Of a DNA stretch of 32,000 nt, positions 17,763 through 26,572 are shown one piece after another. The position numbers and the translations under genes are program-made. This DNA is from Phytohalomonas tamaricis (GTDB taxonomy: Bacteria > Pseudomonadota > Gammaproteobacteria > Pseudomonadales > Halomonadaceae): contig NZ_PVRV01000021.1 in assembly GCF_003012345.1 (NCBI RefSeq), positions 141,394 through 173,393 of the forward strand, written 5' to 3'. Under the pieces are notes generated by a model that was not told where the DNA came from, made no database searches, and worked only from the letters and a program-made list of their open reading frames with translations. Every line of letters begins with the position of its first letter. Position 1 is the first letter of the stretch.

Positions 17763-17804
17763 CTACCCGATGAGAGCGGTGCGGCGGTCTGGGAGCAACG
17801 GATC

Positions 17805-17978
17805 ATGGCCGGTTTCACATTCACCTATCAGGACAAACCGGCACCGGAAACGGACATGCCAGCAACCAACTGGCTGTCATGGGATATCGAGGCGTTGTGG
17901 GGAGAATGCGAAAAGGCCGAGATCTGTCCGGAAGAGGGGATGAAGATCAAAATTCGAGGCGCCACGGGAATACGTTGA
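17805..17978 (+). CDS. Small acidic hypothetical ORF (57 aa), or the 3' end of a truncated gene
   Basis: ATG at 17805 with GGGAG 9 nt upstream, giving MAGFTFTYQDKPAPETDMPATNWLSWDIEALWGECEKAEICPEEGMKIKIRGATGIR. The frame stays open upstream only because it runs antisense to cas6f. I recognise no motif. Confidence 0.25.
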   Translation: MAGFTFTYQDKPAPETDMPATNWLSWDIEALWGECEKAEICPEEGMKIKIRGATGIR

Positions 17979-18082
17979 ATGCTGGCGCCTTCCTGTGTCT
18001 TTCGTCTTTCAAATTCCCTGGAAGGCTCATGGGCTGTTGACGGCTCGAGTGCTGTCGACCAAGCAGACCTCATTCATTCGGT

Positions 18083-18639
18083 TCAGGCAGTGGTCTGTTT
18101 GATGAAGCGAAATATGCGGACGTTTTCACGTGCTCGTTCTGGGTGTGAATTCATGGCCTGCGCTGAAGTGTGGTGGCAACGCACTATGCGAGTTGCCGTG
18201 ATACTCGACAGGCGGATATGCGCCTTGCTTGCCTCTGCGCTGACCAGAATGATGCACTGCAGATTGGGCATGTACGCGATCAGCGAATCCAGATGACGCA
18301 AGGCTCGCTGAATTTCGTCAGTGGAGCTGCGGCGTATGCGCGAACAATCGGCGTTTCCGAGATACCAGGGCACCATGTTTCAGATGGCTATCTTGTCGCG
18401 AGTGATACCGGCTTCCTGAAGCTGATCTCGCATGTTACGTGCTGAAGGATCGGGGTTGTCAAAGGATACCATGCCGGACTCGATGGCCTTGGGTCCTGGA
18501 GCCTCCATTAGGAAAAGGTATGCTGCTGACTCGTTGCCAGTTGAAGGATCAAAGCCGGGTACTATCTCACGCTCTGACAGCTGTTTCGTATATCTTGAAG
18601 CAGGCAGGCAAAAGCGACAGTTCGATTTTCGTTCGACAT
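18083..18639 (-). pseudogene. Uracil-DNA-glycosylase-superfamily protein, disrupted by one frameshift and one in-frame TGA
   Basis: The stitched translation is MSNENRTVAFACLLQDIRNSC / LSEREIVPGFDPSTGNESAAYLFLMEAPGPKAIESGMVSFDNPDPSARNMRDQLQEAGITRDKIAI*NMVPWYLGN...CHHTSAQAMNSHP. It has the UDG-like L(F/V)..EAPG and H(P/T)S motifs. The frameshift is near 18565-18585, and a TGA at 18380-18382 sits where W is expected. Confidence 0.6.
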
Positions 18640-18722
18640 GTAGAAAGAGCCTGTTACCTTCTTGAGCTGCTTATGCAGCAGCCAACGGCGTTAAACACGA
18701 ACCAACTAAGCTGCTGTGGCAA

Positions 18723-18977
18723 TCAATCAGCTTGCCAATTCCTGCAAATCCTTTTTTCTGCTTTACCTCTTCGATATGCCATTAGTTCACGTAGAAAGCA
18801 CAATAGGGTAAAGATAAGGCTTCCAATAACGGTACCCTCGAAGCTTTGCTCGGGGCCTATCCCATAATGGGAAAACGTTGTCATAAAGAAGAAAAAACCT
18901 GTGAAATAGCCTAACGTCCCCCAAATGGTTGGACATTTAGAGGGGGGGCGCCTCCAGCGTTCAGGAGATTTATTCAT
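18723..18977 (-). CDS. Small two-TM hypothetical membrane protein
   Basis: 84 aa from the ATG at 18977 (ORF open to 19031). Hydrophobic segments are WGTLGYFTGFFFFMTTF and VIGSLIFTLLCFL. Low GC. Confidence 0.35.
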   Translation of the reverse strand: MNKSPERWRRPPSKCPTIWGTLGYFTGFFFFMTTFSHYGIGPEQSFEGTVIGSLIFTLLCFLRELMAYRRGKAEKRICRNWQAD

Positions 18978-19246
18978 AACCAGAAAATCCTTTGCTACTG
19001 AAAGATTAGGCATAGACGATCTGTCATCCAATTTATCGTGTCCATGGCGTGCTTTAGGCCGTTATAACAATCAGCTGGCTGATCCCGGCTTTGTTGTGAG
19101 CGAGAGGTGATCACATGGCAGCAAGGGCAGGTTGTTAAAGAACAGGCTTGGTCTGAAAGGCTGGCCAATAGGATTAAAACACGCTGATCAGGTTAGAATG
19201 TTGAATTAACTTTGCGATGTAACCGATGAGGGGTAGGGACGAGGGA

Positions 19247-19653
19247 ATGAAAAAACAGCGAAGATTATCACCACAATTGTTGCCGCAGCCGTTATTGTTG
19301 GATGCTCATCAGATGCAGAAGTAGCGTCTCGTAACCTTTCGAAAGCTGCCAACCAGTTCGAGGTTGAGCGTCGCATTGTGTTCTATAACGGCATCACTGA
19401 TAGCTACATGCTGACCATTGAAGGTCGCTGCTCTATCACTGCCGATACAGCTGACTCAAAACTCGACGTTACCTGCAAGACGGGTGAGAACGAATACAAG
19501 AAGCACTTCCTGAGACTTAGCGATAACGTGACCTACTTCGCAGAGCAACTGGATGGATCGGACATGAGTGTTTATCACTATCGCGTCATCTTTAAGCCGC
19601 AGTCTATTGTGCCAAGCATCGACCTCGAAACCAGCCTGGATGATAAACCATAA
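19247..19653 (+). pseudogene. Putative lipoprotein whose ATG is out of frame because of an A6 tract
   Basis: ATGAAAAAACAGCG at 19247 would read MKKTAKIITTIVAAAVIVGCSSDAEV... (signal peptide plus lipobox VGC) if the tract were A7. As sequenced, the ATG frame hits a stop after 25 codons, and the long frame (to 19653) has no start until the GTG at 19378. Confidence 0.6.
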
Positions 19654-19811
19654 TCAATGAGGAAGACTGCCAAGGGGATGGTTTAGAAGCCTCGGCAGTC
19701 TCATCGTAATAGTACATGTTGCCGCCAGCAGTCGCAGAGCAGCTAAGTTGGCATTAGAAACCAGATGAGTTTATTTACCCACTGATAAAGAAATTCATCA
19801 AACCATGACGT

Positions 19812-20347
19812 GTGCCCCATCGGATTGAATTCTCGTGGGTCGAGGGCAAGTATGGTTCCTATGCAGCTCGCGTCACTCTGGACGCTGCGTCGCACTGGCG
19901 CCAGTACCCCCCATTGGGTATCGAGTTGATGATCCAGCGTGGCCTGTCGCTACGAAAGGACACCAGTATTACTCTCGAGACAATCGATGCGCTCGAGGTG
20001 GACATGGCCCAGGCGGATGTTGCAGACCGGCTTGCCTGGCTCCTGCACTGGCTGCGTGGCGTGCTCTGCTACCGTGCCGAAGATTGTACGTCTGCTGCCA
20101 TTCACTACCAGCAAGCTTTCGACGCCGCAAAATACACGGCAGGAAGTTACCAGTACAAACTGGTGAACCAGTACACGAAGTCATGGCAAAGACCCGGCGA
20201 TGGCTGCCATTCAAGAAAGGCGTTCTGTGGGCCTGTTATCTGGGGCTGTCGGTTCGCTGGCTTCGCAAGGACGAGCCCACTAAGAAAAATCTGGAATGGG
20301 TCTATGGGATTATGGGTTTGGAAAATATGAGCTACCCGATCCTGTAA
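19812..20347 (+). pseudogene. Hypothetical protein split over two frames (1-nt frameshift near 20170-20180)
   Basis: The frame from the GTG at 19812 reads plausibly to ...GSYQYKLVNQY. A second frame continues EVMAKTRRWLPFKKGVLWACYLGLSVRWLRKDEPTKKNLEWVYGIMGLENMSYPIL* ending at 20347. I recognise no family. Confidence 0.45.
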
Positions 20348-20484
20348 GGAGAACGCCCCGGCACACGACCGGGGCAGGTGGGAAAGCCCTTTCAACCGTA
20401 GCTAAAGCAGATCAAAACATGCCAATATGCTGGAAGGTACAACCCCGCCGAAGACGGTGGTCCGTGCACAGTACAGCGTTTGGT

Positions 20485-20868
20485 TGTTTGATCGTTACTT
20501 CACCCATCTCATTTCTTCCAGCGCCTGGACCAGTTCAGGTCGCATTACGAACCCATAATAGCCATCGGGGTTGGTGACCACCTCGTTACCGGTCGATAAA
20601 GTCCAGAACCACATCGGCTCACCATTGCTTCGCTTGGGCGGCTCGTACCCCAGCTTTTTAGCCACTTTGCGGCCAGCGTTCCGTAATGCAGGTTGGCGGC
20701 ATTGTAATTCTCATACCTGACTGCCCGTGCCAGTTCGGTTGCCGTAATGGTATGTGCTGGCGCTGCATACTGAGCCCGTAACAGGGCCAGGAACTGAGTG
20801 TTGAGGAATCTCTTCTCGTCACGAAGCCTAAGAAGCGCTTTCTGGTAGGCATCCTTAGTTGAAACCAT
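20485..20868 (-). pseudogene. Small protein resembling the N-terminal domain of HNH/McrA-type restriction proteins, frameshifted
   Basis: MVSTKDAYQKALLRLRDEKRFLN...YNAANLHYGTLAAK then, after a 1-nt shift at ~20665-20668 (AAA run), VAKKLGYEPPKRSNGEPMWFWTLSTGNEVVTNPDGYYGFVMRPELVQALEEMRWVK*. The ANLHYG...MRPEL..ALE..W pattern is from memory of HNH-endonuclease N-termini. No HNH domain is present. Confidence 0.4.
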
Positions 20869-21079
20869 TCTCTTTCCCTTATTTTTGAGACTCTCGTGAA
20901 GCCACCCTCGCAGGCCAAATCGCTGAAAATGGCAAACGCAATCCCGACGACTCTGCTGCGCTATAGCCGCGTACCGCTATCCAAGTCACATGCAACACCG
21001 GAGGGAGGGAGAGCCGTATGACGAATCAAGACTGCGTACCACAAGGTCGGGATACACAGTAAGACGGCGAGCTAGCCTG

Positions 21080-21259
21080 AAACGATGGGTACTGGACGGA
21101 GAGACTGGATTGCTGTGCCACGGTGCGTTTGAAACGGTGCTGGATGACTTCATGCCGCCCGAGGCCGGGCTGCACGCCATTATGGTCAAGAATCACTTTC
21201 GCCCGCGCCGCTTCGGGGCTTTGATCGATTATCTGCGTGCCGGTCTGGCGGCTCAATGA
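21080..21259 (+). pseudogene. 3'-terminal fragment of a LysR-type regulator
   Basis: The tail ...FETVLDDFMPPEAGLHAIMVKNHFRPRRFGALIDYLRAGLAAQ* fits the LysR C-terminal pattern (L..D...P...L.AV.P..R..P.R..AFIDFL). No HTH or N-terminal domain lies upstream. Confidence 0.45.
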
Positions 21260-21308
21260 TGTCGGCGCCCGGTGGCATCACTGATTCACAAGATCGGCAT
21301 GCGCCCGG

Positions 21309-22238
21309 TCAGCCCCGGGCGACATGCGCTGGCAGCGGATAGCGCCGACTCGAGCGTCCAGCCTTGACTACCTGTCCCGGTACCTCGTGTCCCACCAAAG
21401 CCGGTAATGTTTCAGCCACTGCCAGCAGGGCATCGAGATCCACCCCGGTGTCGAGGCCCATCGTCTCGAACATGTGCACCAGATCCTCGCTGCAGACATT
21501 GCCGCTAGCGCCAGGGGCAAAGGGGCATCCGCCCAGCCCGCCCAGCGCGGCATCAAAGCGGATAATGCCAGCCTGCCAAGCCGCGAGCGCATTGGCCAGT
21601 CCCATGCCGCGGGTGTCATGGACATGCAGGGTGAGCAGAAGCTCGGGATGGCGCTTAATGACGTCCTTGCACAGCGCGCTGACTTGTTGTGGATTGGCCA
21701 TGCCGGTGGTATCGCAGAGCGTGATACCATCGACCCCGAGCGCGGCTAGCGCCCTGACTATCTCTAGAATCCTTGAGGCCGGTACGTCCCCTTCAAAGGG
21801 GCAGCCAAAGGTGGTTGAAATGGAGGCGTTGATACTCACATTACTGCCGCGTGCCAGCGCAATCATGTGTTCAAAGCGCGCCAGTGACTGCCAAGGCGTC
21901 ATGCGCAGGTTAGCAAGGCCGTGGCTGTCGCTTGCCGAGAGCACTAGGTTGAGCTCATCCACCCCCGCTGCCAACGCCCGCTCGGCCCCGCGCTCGTTGG
22001 GCACCAGCGCCACGTAGTCCACGTCCTCGTGGCGGGTGATACCGGCCATCACGTCACCGGCATCGGCCAGATTGGGAATCGCTTTGGGTGAGGTAAATGA
22101 GGTCGCCTCGATTTTGGCCACACCGGTGCGGGAGAGGGCATCAATCAGCGCGATCTTGTCAGGTGTCGGCACAAAACGCGCCTCGATCTGCAGGCCATCA
22201 CGCGGGGCCACCTCGTTAATAAAGATGCGTTGTGCCAT
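21309..22238 (-). CDS. HMG-CoA-lyase-family (HMGL-like) acyl-CoA lyase
   Basis: The ATG at 22238 gives MAQRIFINEVAPRDGLQIE... and HVHDTRGMGLANALAA, which are DRE-TIM metallolyase motifs. It starts 1 nt after the stop of the upstream CoA-transferase. Confidence 0.85.
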   Translation of the reverse strand: MAQRIFINEVAPRDGLQIEARFVPTPDKIALIDALSRTGVAKIEATSFTSPKAIPNLADAGDVMAGITRHEDVDYVALVPNERGAERALAAGVDELNLVLSASDSHGLANLRMTPWQSLARFEHMIALARGSNVSINASISTTFGCPFEGDVPASRILEIVRALAALGVDGITLCDTTGMANPQQVSALCKDVIKRHPELLLTLHVHDTRGMGLANALAAWQAGIIRFDAALGGLGGCPFAPGASGNVCSEDLVHMFETMGLDTGVDLDALLAVAETLPALVGHEVPGQVVKAGRSSRRYPLPAHVARG

Positions 22239-22239
22239 G

Positions 22240-23514
22240 TCAGTGTGTCTCCCCGGCATCTTTTGTTCTGTCGTCAGGGGTAGACTGTTCAAACAGTACC
22301 CCACGCTCAAAGAGCGCCTGCTGTGTATCGGCATCGATGCCCAGCTCATCGAGCACCGCTCGGGTATGCTGGCCCAGTCGCGGGCCACCGCCCTCGATGC
22401 GCCCCGGAGTGCGACTTAATTTTGGCATGACCCCGGGGACCTTCAGACGGCGACCGGTCTCGGTGGTGATGGTTTCGACCATGCGTCGGGCCTGGTAGTG
22501 CGGGTCCTCGACGATATCGCGTGCCGTATAGGGAAAGCCCACCGGCACGCCGGCGGCGTCCAGTACGCTCAGCACGTGTTCGCGGCTGTGGCGTGATGTC
22601 CAGTTGGCAATCGCGGCATCAATGCGCTCGGCGTGACGTGAGCGACCATCGTTGTGGGCAAGCTCGGGTTCATCAGCCAGTTCCGGGCGACCGATCGCCT
22701 GCATCAGGCGTCTATAGATGCTGTCGCCATTGCCAGCAATCAGGACATGCTCATCGCCCCGGCAGGGATAGGCATTCGAGGGGGTGATACCGGGCAGAGC
22801 GCTGCCGCTGGGCTCGCGAATCACATCAGCGCCGTCATATTCGGGCACTAGGCTCTCCATCATGGCAAATACCGACTCATAAAGCGCCACGTCGATGTAT
22901 TGCCCACGGCCGCTGCGGTGACGCTCCTGCAGCGCGAGCAGCGCGCCGATTACCCCGTAAAGTGCTGACAGTGAATCCCCAAGGCTTACACCCACGCGCA
23001 CCGAGCGCTCGCCGGGATGGCCCGATAGATAGCGCAGTCCGCCCATTGCTTCACCGATCACGCCAAAGCCCGGCCGGTCGCGGTAGGGGCCGGTCTGGCC
23101 GTAGCCTGAGATGCGCACCATGATCAGCTCTGGATTGCGCGCACTCAGCGCCTCCCAGCCCAGCCCCCACTTCTCAAGCGTACCGGGGCGAAAGTTCTCC
23201 ACCACGATATCAGCCTCGTCCACGAGGCGGCGCACGATCTCCTGACCCTCCTCGCTTCTCAGATCCAGCGACAGCGAACGCTTGTTGCGGGTCTGGACAT
23301 GCCACCACAGTGACGTGCCTTGTTCGAGAATGCGCCAGCGACGCAGCGGGTCGCCGGTGTTGGGCGGTTCGATCTTGATCACATCGGCACCGAACTCGCC
23401 GAGCAGTTTGGTGGCAAACGGTCCGGCAATCAGCTGACCCATTTCCAGTACCTTCAAACCGGCCAGAGCCGGTGTCTGTTCATCTATGGCAGATGGGTTG
23501 TCATGGGTTGTCAT
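22240..23514 (-). CDS. Class III (CaiB/BaiF-family) CoA-transferase
   Basis: 424 aa with LAGLKVLEMGQLIAGPFATKLLGEFGADVIKIEPP and ENFRPG motifs. Confidence 0.85.
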   Translation of the reverse strand: MTTHDNPSAIDEQTPALAGLKVLEMGQLIAGPFATKLLGEFGADVIKIEPPNTGDPLRRWRILEQGTSLWWHVQTRNKRSLSLDLRSEEGQEIVRRLVDEADIVVENFRPGTLEKWGLGWEALSARNPELIMVRISGYGQTGPYRDRPGFGVIGEAMGGLRYLSGHPGERSVRVGVSLGDSLSALYGVIGALLALQERHRSGRGQYIDVALYESVFAMMESLVPEYDGADVIREPSGSALPGITPSNAYPCRGDEHVLIAGNGDSIYRRLMQAIGRPELADEPELAHNDGRSRHAERIDAAIANWTSRHSREHVLSVLDAAGVPVGFPYTARDIVEDPHYQARRMVETITTETGRRLKVPGVMPKLSRTPGRIEGGGPRLGQHTRAVLDELGIDADTQQALFERGVLFEQSTPDDRTKDAGETH

Positions 23515-23654
23515 GGCTGTCCGCTCCCGGGTAAGGGTACAAAAGCGAGCATGGCCGAGCCCCGGGCAGCATCACAATTGGAATTTGACCAAGGCAGCAT
23601 TCGCGACTGACGAAGACACTGCTAGGCTGGACGACCTGCTGAGTGGAGGGCGCC

Positions 23655-24566
23655 ATGAAGCGTCTTGATTTTGTCACCCTAAAGCTTTTTGTTGCGATTG
23701 CCGACGAGCACAGCCTGACCCGCGCCGCCGAGCGCGAGCATCTGGCGTTGGCCGCCGTCAGCAAGCGCATCAGTGACCTGGAAATGCAGCTGGGCATATC
23801 GCTTTTGTACCGCCGCCCGCGGGGTATCGAGCTGAGTGCTGCAGGGCACGCCTTTTTACACCACGCTCGTTTGATGCTTGAAAATCTCTCTCAGCTGGAT
23901 GCCGACATGAGCGAGTATCGCATCGGTATCAAGGGGCATGTTCGCCTGCATGCCAATACCTCCTCCGTGATCGAGTTTCTCCCGGACGATCTGGGCGGAT
24001 TCATGGATCGCTTCCCGCAGATCCGCATCGACATGAAGGAGCGACTGAGCCATGAAATCGTGACAGCCGTGCGCGATGGTCTGGCCGATATCGGTTTGTA
24101 TACCGGCCACGTGCCGGCGGAGGGCCTGGATGCGCGCCTGTGGCGACGTGACCGGCTGGTGCTGGTTGTGCCCGGCCATCACCGGCTGGCTGACAATACG
24201 CAGGTGGCGCTGGAAGAGGCGCTGGATAACGATTTCATCGGCCTTGAACAGGATGCCTCGCTGCATGGGCTTTTGCAGCGCGGTGCGCACCAGTTTGAGC
24301 AGCCGCTGCGCATGCGTATCCAGGTACGCAGCTTTGAGGGAATCTGTCGCATGATTGATCGTGGCATGGGGGTCGGCGTACTGCCGTATCGTGCCGTCAG
24401 TGCCGAGCGTCATGGGCTATCGTTGGCCACCATTCCATTGACCGATGAGTGGGCTCTTCGCGAGCTGCATCTGGTCATGCGTGATTACAACGCTCTGCCG
24501 GTGATTGCCCGGCAGCTGGTGGATCATCTGCTGCGCTGTGGTGAGGAAGACAGCGCCACGCCGTAA
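23655..24566 (+). CDS. LysR-family transcriptional regulator
   Basis: The ATG at 23655 (GGAGG 5 nt upstream) gives MKRLDFVTLKLFVAIADEHSLTRAAEREHLALAAVSKRISDLE. It is divergent from the CoA-transferase operon. Confidence 0.9.
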   Translation: MKRLDFVTLKLFVAIADEHSLTRAAEREHLALAAVSKRISDLEMQLGISLLYRRPRGIELSAAGHAFLHHARLMLENLSQLDADMSEYRIGIKGHVRLHANTSSVIEFLPDDLGGFMDRFPQIRIDMKERLSHEIVTAVRDGLADIGLYTGHVPAEGLDARLWRRDRLVLVVPGHHRLADNTQVALEEALDNDFIGLEQDASLHGLLQRGAHQFEQPLRMRIQVRSFEGICRMIDRGMGVGVLPYRAVSAERHGLSLATIPLTDEWALRELHLVMRDYNALPVIARQLVDHLLRCGEEDSATP

Positions 24567-24780
24567 GCGCTGCCGGGCCACAGCCGACCATAAGCGAAGG
24601 CTTCAGGGAGCTCTGCGACCAAGGTCCAAGCGCTGCTACCTTGGTCTTGATGCTTCGTCAATGACGAAGTGCTGCTTGTTCATTGATCAATATTCAGCGC
24701 TCTACTCGGCTGGCTAGAGTCTAGGGGTTATCCCCTATTGCCGCCCCGGTGGCGGCGGTTCATGGCCAGGAGAGAGACTC

Positions 24781-25047
24781 ATGACACCCAGGATATCTGA
24801 GCCGATTCGCAAAAAGCCTGTCTGGATCGGTTTTATCGTGCTCTTCGCGCTGATCAACCCCTGGTATTTTCCAGCCGGCATATCTTCCTATCTGATCATG
24901 GGCGTACCGCTGTGGGCGCTGATAACCCTGCTGGCCTCACTGGCGCTGTCGGTATTCATCACCTGGGTGGTGCTGACCCAGTGGCATACCGACAGCGACG
25001 AGATTTATGGCGATCACAACAAGCGCAATGGCAGCCGGGAGGAGTAA
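24781..25047 (+). CDS. DUF3311-type small membrane protein (symporter accessory subunit)
   Basis: 88 aa with two TM helices, ending 3 nt before the symporter start. This is the typical pairing with SSS-family transporters. Confidence 0.7.
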   Translation: MTPRISEPIRKKPVWIGFIVLFALINPWYFPAGISSYLIMGVPLWALITLLASLALSVFITWVVLTQWHTDSDEIYGDHNKRNGSREE

Positions 25048-25050
25048 GGC

Positions 25051-26550
25051 ATGGAGATCGAACTTGCATTCAGCGGCTGGTCGGGTGTGTTTGTACTGGC
25101 GCTTTACGGCTTTTTGATGCTGGCCGTCGGGGTATATGCCTTTTTGCGCAATCGCGGCATGCGTGAAAGCCTTGATGAGTACTATCTCGGCGGGCGTGGC
25201 CTGGGCGTGATGGTGCTCTTTTTTACCTTCTTTGCCACCCAGTACAGCGGCAATACGGTGATCGGCTACCCGCCCACCACTTACCGGATGGGCTATCAGT
25301 ATCTGGTGTCGGTGCCATTTTTCATCATGATCATCATGGTGTATCTGTTCTTTGCGCCACGCCTGTATGCGCTGGGGCGCCGCTTCAGTCTGCTGACGCC
25401 GGTGGACTGGATCGAGATGCGCTTTCGCTCCAAAAGGATCAGCATTCTGGCCGCGATCCTGATGCTCTATGGGCTTGGCAACTACATGCTTGAACAGTTC
25501 GTGGCCATCGGTCAGGGCGTTTCCGGTCTGACGGGCGGTACCATTCCCTACCAGGTCGGCGTGGTCTTTTTCATCATCATCATGGTGGCCTACAGCTGGC
25601 TGGGCGGCATGCGCTCGGTGGCCTGGACGGACACCATTCAGGGGCTGGCGCTGCTGTTTGGGGTGTTCACGCTCTTGATTGGCTCGCTGTACTACTTCGG
25701 TGGCTTCTCGGCTGCGGCCGAGCAGATGCAGCTCTCGTCGCCTGAAAAGCTCAACCCGCCGGATGGCCAGGGGCTGACCCGCTGGTTCAGTCTGCTGTTG
25801 CTGGTCGGCATCGGGGCGGCGATCTATCCCCATGCGGTACAGCGCATCTTCTCGGCCAAAAGCGAGCACGCGCTCAAGCGCTCGTTCATTCGCATGGCCT
25901 ACATGCCGTTTCTCACCGCCGGTGTGGTGTTCATGGTGGGGATTATCGGCATCTCGGCTTTTCCGGGGCTCTCCACGGCCGAGTCCGAGCAGCTGGTCGG
26001 GATGATGGCCAACGCACTCGCCAATCAGAACACGTTCTTCTACTGGGCCATGGTGCTGCTTTTTGGCGGCGTGATCGCCGCGATCGTCTCCACCGCTGAC
26101 TCGGTGCTGCTTACCTTCTCCTCCATTGTCTCCAACGACCTTTACGGGCGCTATATTCGTCCCGATGCCAGCGAGCATCAGAAGGTGCTGGCCGGCAAGC
26201 TCGTGGGACTGGTGGCCGTGGCAGTGCTGATTGTGATCGCCTGGTATCCGCCCGCCACGCTCTATCAGATTTTTGTGCTCAAGTTCGAGCTGCTGATTCA
26301 GACCGCGCCGGCCCTGGTGCTGGGCCTCTACTGGACGCGGCTCAATAGCCAGTCGGTGTTTGCCGGCATGCTGGCAGGTGCCGTGTTCGCCGGAGTGCTG
26401 ACCTTTATGGGCTATCGCCCGCTGGGCATCTACAGCGGCCTGTGGGGCCTGCTGCTCAACGTGGGGATCTGTGTCGGCGGCACGCTGCTCTCGAGTGCCG
26501 ATGCCAGCGCTCAGCGCCATGCGCGCAGCGTGATTGCCCTGTCGAACTAG
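25051..26550 (+). CDS. Sodium:solute symporter (SSS) family transporter
   Basis: 499 aa, polytopic, with the N-terminal pattern ...LDEYYLGGRGLG..VLFFTFFATQYSGNT typical of the SSS family (PanF/MctP-like). Confidence 0.85.
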   Translation: MEIELAFSGWSGVFVLALYGFLMLAVGVYAFLRNRGMRESLDEYYLGGRGLGVMVLFFTFFATQYSGNTVIGYPPTTYRMGYQYLVSVPFFIMIIMVYLFFAPRLYALGRRFSLLTPVDWIEMRFRSKRISILAAILMLYGLGNYMLEQFVAIGQGVSGLTGGTIPYQVGVVFFIIIMVAYSWLGGMRSVAWTDTIQGLALLFGVFTLLIGSLYYFGGFSAAAEQMQLSSPEKLNPPDGQGLTRWFSLLLLVGIGAAIYPHAVQRIFSAKSEHALKRSFIRMAYMPFLTAGVVFMVGIIGISAFPGLSTAESEQLVGMMANALANQNTFFYWAMVLLFGGVIAAIVSTADSVLLTFSSIVSNDLYGRYIRPDASEHQKVLAGKLVGLVAVAVLIVIAWYPPATLYQIFVLKFELLIQTAPALVLGLYWTRLNSQSVFAGMLAGAVFAGVLTFMGYRPLGIYSGLWGLLLNVGICVGGTLLSSADASAQRHARSVIALSN

Positions 26551-26572
26551 CCATCTGGGCGAGGAGAAAAAC

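Noticed and set aside
16505-17765. A Tn7-like CRISPR-associated transposon (type I-F3 CAST) as the explanation for a minimal cas7-cas6-array unit.
   Set aside because: There are no tnsA/B/C or tniQ genes and no Tn7 end repeats in the window. cas7f is truncated by an in-frame stop and is not part of a compact operon. The array has ordinary I-F geometry with 7 spacers.
23486-23514. A 10-bp tandem duplication, ATGACAACCC x2, at the CoA-transferase start.
   Set aside because: The second ATG is out of frame. It is a trivial local duplication with no evident consequence.
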